A stretch of 64,000 nt of DNA from an uncultured Hyphomonas sp. (GCA_964556825.1 CAZKXJ010000002.1:362844-426843), one strand, 5' to 3'. Shown: positions 7,605-18,539, counted from the first letter of the stretch. Made by a program: numbers and translations. The notes: generated by a model from the sequence alone, not told the origin.

Positions 7605-7937
7605 TCAGGTCTTGGCGGAGCTCTGAGTGTTCTCCTCAAGCCATTCGGCAAAAGCACCCGGCACCTTGGCGCACGGCAACGCGACCATCGCAGGAACGTC
7701 ATAGGGGTGAAGCTCATTCACCAGCGATTCGAGGGTGGTCCAGCAGGCCGACACCGTTTTTAGCCAAAGGACATGCTCAAATGCCTGCTCGACGACACCC
7801 TTCCACAGATAGGTCGAGGCCACTGGCCCCTCGATATTGGCGCAGGCCGCCAGCCGGCGCTCAACCGCCATGTCAGCGATCTTGTGCGCCACATCCATGG
7901 ACGGGCAGGTTATCCGGATAAGAAGCGCTTCGGTCAT
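7605..7937 (-). CDS. cutA: divalent-cation tolerance protein CutA
   Basis: 110 aa with a CutA1 pattern (AACANI...YLWKG...E..L..KT...HPYDVP). The start is 3 nt after the trpB stop. Confidence 0.88.
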   Translation of the reverse strand: MTEALLIRITCPSMDVAHKIADMAVERRLAACANIEGPVASTYLWKGVVEQAFEHVLWLKTVSACWTTLESLVNELHPYDVPAMVALPCAKVPGAFAEWLEENTQSSAKT

Positions 7938-7940
7938 GAC

Positions 7941-9152
7941 CTAGATGTCCATCCCCAGATGCTCGGCCACCGAGAAGATATCCTTGTCGCCGCGGCCGCA
8001 GAGATTCATGATGAGCAGGTCATCCTTGCCCATGCCGTCGCAGACATCACCGAGACGCGCGATGGCGTGGGCCGGCTCAAGCGCAGGAATGATGCCCTCA
8101 AGGCGGGTGCAGAGCTTGAAGGCTTCAAGCGCCTCCTTGTCGGTACAGGTCAGGTATTCCGCGCGGCCGGTGTCACGCAGGAAGGCATGCTCCGGGCCGA
8201 TACCGGGATAGTCGAGACCAGCTGAAATCGAGTGGGCGTCGATGATCTGGCCATCAGCGGTTTGCAGAAGGTATGTCTTGTTGCCATGCAGAATACCGGG
8301 CTTGCCGCCATTCAGCGCGGCGGCGTGCTGACCGGTTTCGATACCGTGTCCTGAAGCTTCAACGCCGATCAGGCGGACGCCTTCATCTTCGATAAAGGGA
8401 TGGAACAGGCCGATGGCATTCGACCCGCCGCCGATACAGGCCATGACGGCGTCCGGCAGACGGCCTTCACGGTCCATGATCTGACGCCGGGCTTCCTTGC
8501 CGATGACGGATTGGAAGTCTCGCACCAGCTCAGGGTAAGGGTGCGGGCCAGCCGCCGTGCCAATGCAATAGAAAGTATCGTGGATATTCGTGACCCAGTC
8601 GCGCAGCGCCTCGTTCATCGCATCTTTCAGCGTGCCCGTGCCTGAAGACACAGGGACGATTTCAGCACCGAGCAGCTTCATGCGGAAGACGTTCGGTTTC
8701 TGGCGCTCGACATCGGTCGCGCCCATGAAGACGACACATTTCAGGCCAAACCGCGCACAGACAGTCGCGGTTGCAACGCCGTGCTGGCCTGCCCCGGTCT
8801 CGGCGATGATACGCGTCTTGCCCATCCGCATGGCAAGCAGGACCTGGCCAAGGCAATTATTGATCTTATGCGCGCCTGTATGATTGAGCTCGTCGCGTTT
8901 GAAATAGATTTTCGGGCCGCCGAAATGCTCAGAAATGCGTTCGGCGTGGTAGAGCGGGGACGGCCGGCCGACATAATGGGTCCAGAGGTCATCCATCTGG
9001 GCCTTGAAGGCTTCATCCTGCTTGGCCGCGCGATATTCGTCCTCAAGCTCAAGCACAAGCGGCATCAGCGTTTCAGCGACATAGCGGCCGCCGAATTCGC
9101 CAAAGCGGCCCTTTTCGTCCGGCCACTGGTCCCAGGTATTTCTCTTGTCCAT
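7941..9152 (-). CDS. trpB: tryptophan synthase beta chain
   Basis: [18 protein letters not shown] and GGGSNAIG motifs. I prefer ATG 9152 (403 aa). The track TTG at 9188 would overlap trpF by 26 nt. Confidence 0.96.
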   Translation of the reverse strand: MDKRNTWDQWPDEKGRFGEFGGRYVAETLMPLVLELEDEYRAAKQDEAFKAQMDDLWTHYVGRPSPLYHAERISEHFGGPKIYFKRDELNHTGAHKINNCLGQVLLAMRMGKTRIIAETGAGQHGVATATVCARFGLKCVVFMGATDVERQKPNVFRMKLLGAEIVPVSSGTGTLKDAMNEALRDWVTNIHDTFYCIGTAAGPHPYPELVRDFQSVIGKEARRQIMDREGRLPDAVMACIGGGSNAIGLFHPFIEDEGVRLIGVEASGHGIETGQHAAALNGGKPGILHGNKTYLLQTADGQIIDAHSISAGLDYPGIGPEHAFLRDTGRAEYLTCTDKEALEAFKLCTRLEGIIPALEPAHAIARLGDVCDGMGKDDLLIMNLCGRGDKDIFSVAEHLGMDI

Positions 9153-9162
9153 GCGTCCAGTC

Positions 9163-9828
9163 CTAGTCGGCTGATTTCGCCGCAGCAATAAAGTCCCTGA
9201 TCAGATCCTCATCCTTTACGCCCCTCGCCCGCTCCACGCCAGAGGAGACATCCACAGCGGGCGCACCGGTCGCAGTGATCGCCTCTTCGACATTTCCCGG
9301 CGTCAGGCCACCTGCGAGGAGCCACGGTTTCGGCGCATCCCAGTCTTCCAGGATCGACCAGTCAAATGTATGGCCATGCCCGCCCGCGCGATCGGCATTC
9401 TTCGGCGGCCTGGCATCAAGCAACAGGCGGTCGGCATCCGGATAGTCGAACACTGCTTCAAGATCCTCGGCAGCCTCAACGCCAAACGCTTTCCAGATTT
9501 CAACCTCATCAGGGACCTGATAGCGCAGCTTCGATACAAAATCCGGCGTTTCACGCCCGTGAAGCTGGATCACATCAGGCATTGCCGCCTCGATCAAACC
9601 GTTCAGCAACTGCTCATTCGCGTTAGCCAGCAACACAGCGCACCGGATATCCATGTCCGACGCGGCAAACATCAGGTCGACAACGCGGTCGAACGCGCCG
9701 GCGCCATCTCCGAGAACATTGCGCGGGCTTTTCGGCGCCAGCACAAACCCAACCCAGTCCGCGCCAGCCTCAGCTGCCACGCGCACCATTGCCTCATCCT
9801 GAAGGCCGCAGATCTTCACTTTTGCCAT
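9163..9828 (-). CDS. trpF: N-(5'-phosphoribosyl)anthranilate isomerase
   Basis: [10 protein letters not shown]-terminus and LLAGGL near the C-terminus. The start is trimmed from 10005 to ATG 9828 (221 aa). Confidence 0.92.
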   Translation of the reverse strand: MAKVKICGLQDEAMVRVAAEAGADWVGFVLAPKSPRNVLGDGAGAFDRVVDLMFAASDMDIRCAVLLANANEQLLNGLIEAAMPDVIQLHGRETPDFVSKLRYQVPDEVEIWKAFGVEAAEDLEAVFDYPDADRLLLDARPPKNADRAGGHGHTFDWSILEDWDAPKPWLLAGGLTPGNVEEAITATGAPAVDVSSGVERARGVKDEDLIRDFIAAAKSAD

Positions 9829-10006
9829 GCGCCGAGACCTGCTGTGACGCCGGGAGATTGTCAAGAAAGGAAGACGGTAGACTGTCTCATCGCAGGGGTT
9901 GCGGTGAACGGAACGCCGACCCGACACCGGGAAACCCAAATTGCACTCCCCACCGGACGGCGCTACAGCCTTCAAGAGCAATAAAATGTAGATGGAGGAG
10001 TGCACA

Positions 10007-11560
10007 ATGAGCCAGGCGATTTCAGATTATGTGACGCGGGACTTTGGCACCCTGTCAGATCTCATCACGCTTCATGCAGCCGCCAGACCGCAGCACCTGG
10101 CGCTTGTGCATGGCACGCGGGAGATCTCGTACGCCGAACTTGACGATCTGGCGAACCGGTTCGCCGTGGCGCTACAGCAAGGCGGTTATGAGGCGGGTGG
10201 GTCGGTCGCAATCTGCGGGCTGACCAGCATTGAATACGTCGTCGGCTTCATTGGCACGCTTCGCGCCGGGCTAACCGTCGCGCCACTTGCCCCCTCCTCA
10301 ACGCCAGAGGCGCTTGCCCGCATGCTTGAAGATAGCGGCGCACGCCTGTTCCTGGTGGATGAGGCTTCATACGGCGCGCTCGAGGCCTTTCTGCCAGACT
10401 TGCCGGTCAAGGTCCTGCGCATGGATCTGACCGGCGACGACAGTGTGACCTCGTTTCTTGGCGAGCCAGGTGCCAAACCGGCGCCAGTGGAAATCGACCC
10501 GGATCTTGGCTTCAATATCATCTATTCGTCCGGCACTACCGGCACACCCAAGGGCATCGTCCAGTCATACAAGATGCGCTGGGGCCACTGCAGCCCCAAT
10601 GATCCACCGGGTCATGGCCCGGACGCGATCACCGTCCTCTCAACGCCGCTCTACTCCAATACGACGCTGGTGAGCTTCATTCCGACGCTCGCGGGCGGCG
10701 GCACGGCGGTCCTGATGGAGAAGTTCAACACCGAAAATTTCCTGAAGCTGGCGGAAAAGTGGAGAGCCACACACGCCATGCTGGTGCCGGTTCAATACCA
10801 GCGCCTGATGGATTTCGAGGACTTTGACGACTACGATCTCTCAAGCTTCGAAATAAAATTCTGCACCAGCGCGCCATTCCCGGCCGAGCTGAAAGCCGAG
10901 GTGCTGAAACGCTGGCCCGGCGGCCTTGTCGAATATTACGGCATGACCGAAGGTGGGGGCAGCTGCATGCTGGTCGCCCACGAACACCCGGACAAACTTC
11001 ACACGGTCGGCCAGCCCATGCCGGAGCATGACATCCGGATCATCGATGAAGCAGGCATCGAGCTACCACCCGGCCAGACCGGCGAGATTGTCGGGTCATC
11101 AAGCTCGATCATGAATGGCTATCACAACCAGCCACAGAAGACCGCCGAGACCGAGTGGTATTCACCCGAAGGGACGCGTTTCATACGCACAGGCGATGTC
11201 GGCCGCTTTGATGAAGACGGCTTCATCACGCTGATGGACCGCAAGAAGGACATGATCATCTCCGGCGGCTTCAACATCTATCCAAGTGACATCGAGCTTC
11301 TCCTGCGCAAGCACGAAGACGTTGCCGATGTCGCCGTGGTCGGTGTGCCATCACGCGACTGGGGTGAAACACCGGTGGCTTTCGCCGTGCTGACAAAGGG
11401 CGCGAAGGCGACAGGCGCCGAAATACGCGAATGGGCCAACAACCAGCTTGGCAAAACGCAGCGGATCGCGGATTTCATCGTCACCGATGACCTGCCCCGT
11501 AGCGCTATCGGCAAGGTGCTGAAACGCGAACTGCGCGATATCTATGAGCCGGCCAGATGA
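10007..11560 (+). CDS. AMP-dependent acyl-CoA synthetase / ligase
   Basis: AMP-binding signature IIYSSGTTGTPKG, plus YGMTE, TGDVGRFDEDGF and GKVLKRELR. GGAGGAG SD lies 6 nt before ATG 10007. Confidence 0.9.
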   Translation: MSQAISDYVTRDFGTLSDLITLHAAARPQHLALVHGTREISYAELDDLANRFAVALQQGGYEAGGSVAICGLTSIEYVVGFIGTLRAGLTVAPLAPSSTPEALARMLEDSGARLFLVDEASYGALEAFLPDLPVKVLRMDLTGDDSVTSFLGEPGAKPAPVEIDPDLGFNIIYSSGTTGTPKGIVQSYKMRWGHCSPNDPPGHGPDAITVLSTPLYSNTTLVSFIPTLAGGGTAVLMEKFNTENFLKLAEKWRATHAMLVPVQYQRLMDFEDFDDYDLSSFEIKFCTSAPFPAELKAEVLKRWPGGLVEYYGMTEGGGSCMLVAHEHPDKLHTVGQPMPEHDIRIIDEAGIELPPGQTGEIVGSSSSIMNGYHNQPQKTAETEWYSPEGTRFIRTGDVGRFDEDGFITLMDRKKDMIISGGFNIYPSDIELLLRKHEDVADVAVVGVPSRDWGETPVAFAVLTKGAKATGAEIREWANNQLGKTQRIADFIVTDDLPRSAIGKVLKRELRDIYEPAR

Positions 11561-12084
11561 GCCGTATCTTTGGCAAGGTCTGCCAGAACGGCTATGTTGT
11601 GCGTGATATCGAAGCTGCCATGCAGCACTGGATCGATGTGATGGGCGTCGGCCCATGGTTCTATATCGAAGACGTGCAGACCGACTGGTTCAGGCATCGC
11701 GGGGAGGTGTCCGACGTGAAGATGTCCATCGCGCTTGCCAATTCCGGTGATCTGCAGATCGAACTGATCCAGCAGCGCAATAAAGCCCCGTCCATGTACA
11801 GGGAATTTCTCGATGCAGGTCACGAAGGCCTGCAGCATATGTCCTACTGGACCGAGAATTATCAGGGCCTCTACGACAAGGCGCTCTCGCTTGGTTACAA
11901 GGTCGGACATGAGGGCTGCATTGGTGGTGAGAAAGGCCGGTTTGCCTATTTCGACACCGAAGCGCACCCCGGCACGATCGTCGAAATCTCCGATATCAGC
12001 GGCACCAAGGGCAAGACATTCGCCCATATCCGCAAGGTGTCAGAGGGCTGGGACGGGTCCGAGCCGATCCGGCGGATACGCTAA
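11557..12084 (+). CDS. VOC (glyoxalase/dioxygenase fold) family protein
   Basis: 175 aa with VOC-like beta-alpha-beta-beta-beta modules (NGYVVRDIEAAMQHW..., HMSYW...). The ATGA overlap with the upstream gene suggests an operon. Confidence 0.75.
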   Translation: MSRIFGKVCQNGYVVRDIEAAMQHWIDVMGVGPWFYIEDVQTDWFRHRGEVSDVKMSIALANSGDLQIELIQQRNKAPSMYREFLDAGHEGLQHMSYWTENYQGLYDKALSLGYKVGHEGCIGGEKGRFAYFDTEAHPGTIVEISDISGTKGKTFAHIRKVSEGWDGSEPIRRIR

Positions 12085-12104
12085 GCGCTTCATTTCTGGA
12101 AGTC

Positions 12105-12194
12105 TGGCGGTGAGACAGGGATTCGAACCCTGGAGACTATTGCTAGCCTACACACTTTCCAGGCGTGCGCCTTCGACCACTCGGCCACCTCACC
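12105..12194 (-). tRNA. tRNA-Ser (anticodon GGA)
   Basis: Manual cloverleaf: acceptor GGTGAGG/TCTCACC, anticodon arm CACGC-CTGGAAA-GTGTG, long variable arm, T-arm CAGGG-TTCGAAT-CCCTG and encoded CCA. Length 90 nt. Confidence 0.92.
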
Positions 12195-12301
12195 GTAAGG
12201 GCGCGTCTATAATGGAAGGGTGTAGGCATAAGCAAGCCTGAGATTGTCTGACAACTGCACACACCCCATATCACCGTCAGGAAATTGAAAGGACGAACGC
12301 A

Positions 12302-12955
12302 ATGTTCTTTACGAAAAAACCCGCCGCGATGCCTGCAAAAGGCGAAGCACTGCCCGGACGCGGCCAGCCAATCCCGACCGCTCCCACCCATTTTGTGAAC
12401 GGCGTGGACCTGACCGCCCCGACGCCTGAAGGCTTTGAGGAGATCATCTTCGGCATGGGCTGCTTCTGGGGTGTCGAGCGCATCTTCTGGCAAACCGAAG
12501 GCGTATGGGCGACGCAAGCTGGCTATGCAGGCGGCGAAACCCCGAACCCGACCTATGAAGAAACCTGCACAGGCCAGACCGGACACACGGAAGTCGTCCG
12601 GGTTGTCTACGATCCGGCCAAGGTTACAGCGGCCGACCTCATGAAACTGTTCTGGGAGGGCCATGATCCGACGCAGGGCATGCGTCAGGGAAATGATGTC
12701 GGCTCCCAATACCGTTCAGCCATCTTCACAACCACTGAAGAACAGGAAAAGATCGCTGCGGCGACGCGCGACACCTATCAGAAAGCCCTGAATGCAGCGG
12801 GCCGCGGCCAGATCACGACCGAGATCGACAGGCTGGACAAATTTTACCACGCTGAGGATTACCATCAGCAATACCTTGCCAAGAATCCCAATGGTTATTG
12901 CGGGATTGGCGGCACAGGCGTGTCGTGCCCGATGCCGACAGGTGTCAGCGCCTGA
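12302..12955 (+). CDS. msrA: peptide-methionine (S)-S-oxide reductase
   Basis: GMGCFWGVE active-site motif and HDPT; 217 aa. Confidence 0.93.
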   Translation: MFFTKKPAAMPAKGEALPGRGQPIPTAPTHFVNGVDLTAPTPEGFEEIIFGMGCFWGVERIFWQTEGVWATQAGYAGGETPNPTYEETCTGQTGHTEVVRVVYDPAKVTAADLMKLFWEGHDPTQGMRQGNDVGSQYRSAIFTTTEEQEKIAAATRDTYQKALNAAGRGQITTEIDRLDKFYHAEDYHQQYLAKNPNGYCGIGGTGVSCPMPTGVSA

Positions 12956-12976
12956 GACCTCTGCTAGAGCGGGCGG

Positions 12977-13822
12977 GTGACTGAATTCATCACCCGCTTC
13001 GCGCCTTCCCCCACAGGGCTTCTGCATCTCGGCCATGTGGCCTCCGCCTTCCATGTCTGGAAAGCTGCCGAACGCGCTGGCGGCAAGGTTCTCCTGCGGA
13101 TTGAAGATATTGATCCCGGCCGCTGCAAGCCGGAATATACAGACGCAATTTTCGAGGATCTTGCCTGGCTTGGACTGGAGTGGAGCGGTGACGTCCGTGT
13201 CCAGTCAGACCATGTTACAGACTACCTCAAGGTCGTCGAGCGACTGACCGGGCTCGGCCTGACCTATCGGTGTTTCCGCACCCGCCGCGAAATTGCCGAA
13301 GAACAGGCCGCCTCCCGCCTTCCGCCGGATGCGCCTTTCATTGGTCAGCCCCTCGACCCGGCCAGCGAAGCCATGCGCCTGTCTGAACGCGTCCCATTTG
13401 TCTGGCGCCTCTGCCTGGACAGGTGTCGCAGCTATCTGGGCCCCGGTTACGACCAGTTATCTTTTGATGTGGTGTCAACAGAAGGTAATCGTGATGTCGT
13501 AAAAGCCCGGCCAGATCTCCATGGCGACATCAATCTCACCCGCAAGGACGCGCCGATTGCCTACCATGTCGCCGCGACGCATGACGACGCATTGCAGGGC
13601 GTCACACATGTCATCCGCGGCGAGGACCTTGCGGACGCCGCTCATATCCATGTCCTGATACAGGCACTGATGGGCTGGCCGCAGCCGGTCTATACCCATC
13701 ACAAGCTGGTGATGGGGCCGGATGGCAAGCGTCTCGCAAAACGCTTCAAGTCAAAAAGCCTTGCGAGCTTGCGGTCGGAAGGGTTATCGCCGGATCAGAT
13801 TCGAGCGATGGCCGGGGTTTAG
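12977..13822 (+). CDS. gluQ: tRNA glutamyl-Q(34) synthetase (GluRS catalytic-core paralog)
   Basis: RFAPSPTGLLHLGH (HIGH-type motif). At 281 aa it has the catalytic domain only and lacks an anticodon-binding domain. GTG start. Confidence 0.87.
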   Translation: MTEFITRFAPSPTGLLHLGHVASAFHVWKAAERAGGKVLLRIEDIDPGRCKPEYTDAIFEDLAWLGLEWSGDVRVQSDHVTDYLKVVERLTGLGLTYRCFRTRREIAEEQAASRLPPDAPFIGQPLDPASEAMRLSERVPFVWRLCLDRCRSYLGPGYDQLSFDVVSTEGNRDVVKARPDLHGDINLTRKDAPIAYHVAATHDDALQGVTHVIRGEDLADAAHIHVLIQALMGWPQPVYTHHKLVMGPDGKRLAKRFKSKSLASLRSEGLSPDQIRAMAGV

Positions 13823-14767
13823 ATGACAGAGTTACAGCTGACCCCGCCGCCAGCGCGCGCCTGGATAGGTCCATTGTTGCTGCTTTGCGGCGGCATGCTG
13901 ATTGGTCTCGCGCCGATCGGCCTGCGGATGGGGCTCGATTCCATGGGGCCGCAGGCAATTGCCTTCTGGCGCTATACCTTTGCCATACCGATGCTGTTTA
14001 TCCTGCTCATCGGGATTGAGCGGCGCATGCCAGCCCGGATCAATCGCTACGTCGTCATGGCCGGGACGTTTTTCGCACTGGACATTGCGCTCTGGCATTG
14101 GGGCCTGACGCTGACCACCGTCGCCAATGCGACCTTCATCGTGAATCTTGGGAATATCTGCGTCGGCTTTGCCGCATGGCTTTTCCTGAAGGAAAAACCC
14201 ACAAAAATCTGGTTCATCGCGGTTCTTGTCGCGGTGACCGGAGCGGCCGCGCTTTCGCTCGGCGGTGAAACTGGCGGCAAGACAGACATCAGGGGTGACC
14301 TTCTGGCGCTTGGGGCCGCCTGCCTTGTCGCGGGATATATGCTGTGCTCGAAACTTGCGCGAAACCGACTCGGCGCGATGGACGTGATTTTCTGGCTGAC
14401 CGTCGTGGAAGCCTGCGTCGCTGGCGTGATTGTATTCGCTTCGGGTGAAAGCTTCATACCCGATACACTCTCCGGCTTTGCAGCGCCGGCATTCCTCGCG
14501 CTTGCCGCACAGGTCGGCGGACAAGGGCTGATCATCGCAGGCCTTGGACGTACGCCAGCAGCAGTTGCCGGCATCGTCGTCCTGATCCAGCCTGTCGTTG
14601 CCGCTGCCATATCGTGGCAGCTGTTCGAGGAGCCATTGACCGGTCTGCAGGGCGCGGGTGCCGCGCTCATCCTGTTTGGGATCTGGCTCTCGCAGGGCGG
14701 TATTCGCCGCGCTAAAACGCGCCCTGAATCAAAAGCGTTACAAGAGACGGTTAAGAGCGCCGAATGA
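13823..14767 (+). CDS. DMT superfamily (EamA-like) transporter
   Basis: About 10 hydrophobic segments in two homologous halves. The start abuts the gluQ stop. Confidence 0.85.
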   Translation: MTELQLTPPPARAWIGPLLLLCGGMLIGLAPIGLRMGLDSMGPQAIAFWRYTFAIPMLFILLIGIERRMPARINRYVVMAGTFFALDIALWHWGLTLTTVANATFIVNLGNICVGFAAWLFLKEKPTKIWFIAVLVAVTGAAALSLGGETGGKTDIRGDLLALGAACLVAGYMLCSKLARNRLGAMDVIFWLTVVEACVAGVIVFASGESFIPDTLSGFAAPAFLALAAQVGGQGLIIAGLGRTPAAVAGIVVLIQPVVAAAISWQLFEEPLTGLQGAGAALILFGIWLSQGGIRRAKTRPESKALQETVKSAE

Positions 14768-14799
14768 CCCACGACCCATCGAAATCCACGGAGACCCCC

Positions 14800-16335
14800 A
14801 TGCGCATCATTTTCTTTTCGCTCGCTGGCGCGCTCAGCCTCGCCGCCTGTGTTGCTTCAGCAAGTCAGACCGAGACCGCACCGGCGGTTGGGATGGAAAG
14901 AACATCGGCATCGCCGCAGCAGGCCAGCGATGACTATTATGTTGCCGCCGCCGCCCGAGTTGATGAACGCGCTGGAGATGCGTTTAAGCCAAAGGCCAGG
15001 AACGTCATTCTCTTTGTCGGTGATGGCATGGGCATATCCACTGTCACGGCCGGACGCATCTATGCCGGGCAACAGCTCGGGCTTGACGGCGAGAGCTATA
15101 GGCTCGCCATGGAAAGCCTGCCCTATTCAGCTTTCTCCAAGACCTACAGCCATGACGCCCAGGTCGCAGACAGCGCATCGACAGCCACGGCTATGATGAG
15201 CGGCGTCAAGACCCTGTCTCGCACGCTCGGCCTTCGGTCCGGCGTTGCCTATGGCAATTGCGCCTCGGTCGAAGGACAGGGTACTGACTCGATTTTCGAG
15301 ATCGCCGAAGCCGCCGGCCTTTCAACAGGTATCGTGTCCACGGCTCGCATCACCCATGCGACGCCAGCAGCGACCTATTCAGAAAGCGCCAGCCGTGACT
15401 GGGAAGATGACACCGAAGTTGGCGATAGCGGCTGCAAGGATATTGCGCGCCAGCTGATCGAATGGCCGGCTGGTGACGGCTTCGAAGTCGTTCTCGGCGG
15501 CGGACGCGGGTCTTTCATGCCGGCAAGCATTGCCGATCCGGAAACCGGAGAACCAGCCGGGCGGCGTATTGATGGGCAGAACCTCATTGATGGCTGGACA
15601 AGCAAGCCAGACCACACCTTCATCTTCGACCAGGCCGGTTTCGACGCAGCGAATTTTGATAGTGACACCAAGGTCATGGGCCTCTTTGAGCCATCTCACA
15701 TGAAATACACGCTCGACCGGGCGGAAGACGAAGCTGGCGAGCCAACCCTGAGCGAACTCACCAAGGCTGCGATTACGCGGCTGTCGCGTAGTGAAGACGG
15801 CTATGTGCTGCTTGTCGAAGGCGGGCGGATCGATCATGGCCACCACGCCACCAATGCAGCGCGCGCGCTGGCTGATACGGCGGCACTGGATGAAGCGGTT
15901 GCCGCTGCTCTGGAAATGACGGACGCGTCGGAAACCCTGATCATCGTCACCGCTGACCACTCACACACAATGACCATTGCTGGCTATCCGGCCCGCGGCA
16001 ACGACATCCTTGGCAAGGTCGCCTACGGCCCCGGCGGCATGGCCCGCGCCGATGACGGAAAGCCTTACACGACGCTCAGCTATGCCAATGGCTCAACCGG
16101 GTGCAAGCCGGGCGCCGAGACCTGCGTACGTGAAGACCTCACAAACGTCGATACGACCGACAAGGATTTCCACCAGCAGACTCTGATCTTCTCCGGCTCT
16201 GAAACCCATGCCGGTGAAGACGTACCTGTCTATGCCAGCGGCCCGGGCGCCGAGCTCATTCGGGGTACGATTGAGCAGAACGAGATCTTCCACGTCATGG
16301 GGCGCGCCAGCGGGCTCCTGTCACGGGAAAACTAG
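14800..16335 (+). CDS. alkaline phosphatase (PhoA family), probable lipoprotein
   Basis: VGDGMG, active-site DSASTATAMMSGVKT, and metal ligands GGRIDHGHH and ADHSH. Signal/lipobox is MRIIFFSLAGALSLAAC. I prefer ATG 14800 (GGAGA SD) over the track start at 14764. Confidence 0.9.
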   Translation: MRIIFFSLAGALSLAACVASASQTETAPAVGMERTSASPQQASDDYYVAAAARVDERAGDAFKPKARNVILFVGDGMGISTVTAGRIYAGQQLGLDGESYRLAMESLPYSAFSKTYSHDAQVADSASTATAMMSGVKTLSRTLGLRSGVAYGNCASVEGQGTDSIFEIAEAAGLSTGIVSTARITHATPAATYSESASRDWEDDTEVGDSGCKDIARQLIEWPAGDGFEVVLGGGRGSFMPASIADPETGEPAGRRIDGQNLIDGWTSKPDHTFIFDQAGFDAANFDSDTKVMGLFEPSHMKYTLDRAEDEAGEPTLSELTKAAITRLSRSEDGYVLLVEGGRIDHGHHATNAARALADTAALDEAVAAALEMTDASETLIIVTADHSHTMTIAGYPARGNDILGKVAYGPGGMARADDGKPYTTLSYANGSTGCKPGAETCVREDLTNVDTTDKDFHQQTLIFSGSETHAGEDVPVYASGPGAELIRGTIEQNEIFHVMGRASGLLSREN

Positions 16336-17294
16336 TCGTCCACCTGGCCATCCGTCTGGCCGGCAAGCCGGGCAATGGCGTCGGCCACCTCTGCCCCATG
16401 ATCATGGTGAGGCATGTGGCCGCTATCGGCTAGCGGGACGAGGGTGAAGTCCGCAATCTGGTGCTTGATCTTTCCGGCGTGAAGCGACGGATTGATCACC
16501 GTGTCTTTTGACCCGGAGAACAGGATTACCGGAACATCTATTTCCGGATACCTGTCCTGTTGCGCAGCCAGCTGCGCGCGCAGCACGTTCATGTCGTCGG
16601 CATTTGCCCGGAACTCAGGCGGACGGAAGAGCAGCCCGAGGCCTGAATCTTCATAGTAGCCGTCTGGAGCGTCATTCGGGCTGAACACCCCATCAATCCC
16701 GCCCTTGGCCACCGAAGGCCCGACAAGCGGCGCAAATTGCGAAAAGATCGGCCCGATGACCGGTGGGCCAGCAACCCGGTTATACCAGGCTTCGCCGCCG
16801 CCGCCCCAGTCATGTGTGACAGGTGATAGCAGGACGAGGCCTTTCACGAGGTCCGGATAGTCGAGCGCAAGACGAAGCGCGACAGCACCGCCAAATGAAT
16901 GCCCGACCACGACCGCCTTTTCACCGGGAGCGAGCGCCTTGAGCGCACCTGCCATCTGGGCGGCCTGCACGCCAAGCTGCTCCGACCCTTCCGGGCGGCC
17001 AGAATAACCGTGTCCCGGCCTGTCTGGCATCAGGATGCGATGGTCAGCATCAAGCCTCGGTGCCAGCGTAAAGGTAAATTCACGCGCATTTGCCGAAGCC
17101 CCATGGATCATCAGGACAACGGGGCCGCCCTGGCCCACCGTAATGACATGCACGGGCGCGCCGTTCACATCGACCATGTCTCCGAGCGGCGGATATGTGT
17201 CTTCCACGCGATTGGTATAGATCGCGCTGCTCACACAGGCGCTGAGGCCCGCGCCAAAGGCGATAATCAGGATGGCAATGGACAGCAGTTTCAA
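16332..17294 (-). CDS. alpha/beta hydrolase, probable lipoprotein
   Basis: Lipobox GAGLSAC, oxyanion HG (MIHGASAN), nucleophile elbow GHSFGG and C-terminal SGHMPH. Confidence 0.85.
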   Translation of the reverse strand: MKLLSIAILIIAFGAGLSACVSSAIYTNRVEDTYPPLGDMVDVNGAPVHVITVGQGGPVVLMIHGASANAREFTFTLAPRLDADHRILMPDRPGHGYSGRPEGSEQLGVQAAQMAGALKALAPGEKAVVVGHSFGGAVALRLALDYPDLVKGLVLLSPVTHDWGGGGEAWYNRVAGPPVIGPIFSQFAPLVGPSVAKGGIDGVFSPNDAPDGYYEDSGLGLLFRPPEFRANADDMNVLRAQLAAQQDRYPEIDVPVILFSGSKDTVINPSLHAGKIKHQIADFTLVPLADSGHMPHHDHGAEVADAIARLAGQTDGQVDD

Positions 17295-17821
17295 AGCCCC
17301 TGCCCGTTTTCTTCCTTCATCAGCCGCGCTTCCGCGCTCTTGGCTGGCCCAAGTGTCGGGTGGATCTTGAGTGCTTCGCGGTAAGCGACAAGCGCTTCAT
17401 CTCTCGCCCCGAGCTCCTCCATGACGCGGCCAAGGCCAGTCCAGGCACCAAAATGCCGTGGCTCAAGACGCAAGGCCTCATTCACGTCGCGCAGGGCTTC
17501 ACCCATCTGCTCCTGCAACAGGAAGACGGATGCGCGTCGATTATAGGCTTCGGCATACTCAGGCTGGATGGAGATGACGCGGTCATACAGGTTGCGGGCC
17601 AGGTCAAGCTCATCATTGGCCTGCGCCGTGACAGCACGCTCCATGACGAGATCCGCCGCCGCAGAGCCGCTTTCCATCCAGGCTGCCCAGATGTCGAGCG
17701 CAACAGATGTAGCTTCTTCTTCAGTCGGGGCCTTCTGCAATTCGTCGAACATTTCGTCCGACGGACCAAAAGCTGGCCCGCTGACCATGAGAAATCCGGC
17801 AAAGGCGAAAGCTTTGAACAT
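17291..17821 (-). CDS. secreted TPR-repeat protein
   Basis: Signal-like MFKAFAFAGFLMVSGPAFG followed by about 3 TPR-like units. It overlaps the hydrolase gene by 4 nt. The start is uncertain; the track TTG at 17872 is also possible. Confidence 0.7.
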   Translation of the reverse strand: MFKAFAFAGFLMVSGPAFGPSDEMFDELQKAPTEEEATSVALDIWAAWMESGSAAADLVMERAVTAQANDELDLARNLYDRVISIQPEYAEAYNRRASVFLLQEQMGEALRDVNEALRLEPRHFGAWTGLGRVMEELGARDEALVAYREALKIHPTLGPAKSAEARLMKEENGQGL

Positions 17822-17886
17822 GATGCAAAGTATGGGGCACTTGATGGTTCCGGCAAGGCCCAATAGCGGCAATCAGGCGGCAGGGC

Positions 17887-18522
17887 CTAAAGAAAGCCCT
17901 CATGCACCAGCGCCTTTTCCAGCGCTATTGCGTCGGTAAAGTGATGGGTGGAGAACCCGAGCGCGCTCGCCGCTTCAATATTCTTCAGGCTGTCATCGAT
18001 AAAGAACACATCCGATGCCGCAGGATTGCCGAGCCGCTGCAGTGTCAGGGCGTAGATTTCCGGGTCGGGTTTGATAAGGCCTTCCTCGCCCGAGACGATC
18101 ACGTCGCGCAGCAGCTTGATCATCGGGAAACGTTCAATTGTTTCAGGCCAGACCTCGGCGGACATGTTGGACAATCCATAAAGAGGGTGCCCGGCCTCTT
18201 CGAGACGGGCCATCAGCGGCGGGACGCCATCGACATAGCCATCGAACATTTCAAACCAGCGCCCGCGCCAGGCATCGATTTCATTTGAATATTCGGGAAA
18301 ATCGGTTTTCAGCCGCGCCGCACCGTCGGCAAATGACCGGCCACGATCATGCTCGACATGCCACGCCATGTTACAGACATCGGCGCAAAAGCGCTCGGCC
18401 TCAGCATCGGTGGGAAAAATCTTGCGGTACAGGCGGACCGGTTGCCAGTCCACCACAACATTGCCCAAATCAAACAGGATGATGCGCTCAGACACGGGCC
18501 GGGAGATCTCCAGCCGCGCCAT
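17887..18522 (-). CDS. HAD-superfamily hydrolase (subfamily IA-like)
   Basis: N-terminal ILFDLGNVVVDW and C-terminal FFIDDSLKNIEAA motifs. Confidence 0.83.
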   Translation of the reverse strand: MARLEISRPVSERIILFDLGNVVVDWQPVRLYRKIFPTDAEAERFCADVCNMAWHVEHDRGRSFADGAARLKTDFPEYSNEIDAWRGRWFEMFDGYVDGVPPLMARLEEAGHPLYGLSNMSAEVWPETIERFPMIKLLRDVIVSGEEGLIKPDPEIYALTLQRLGNPAASDVFFIDDSLKNIEAASALGFSTHHFTDAIALEKALVHEGFL

Positions 18523-18539
18523 GTGCGTACACCTTCTGC

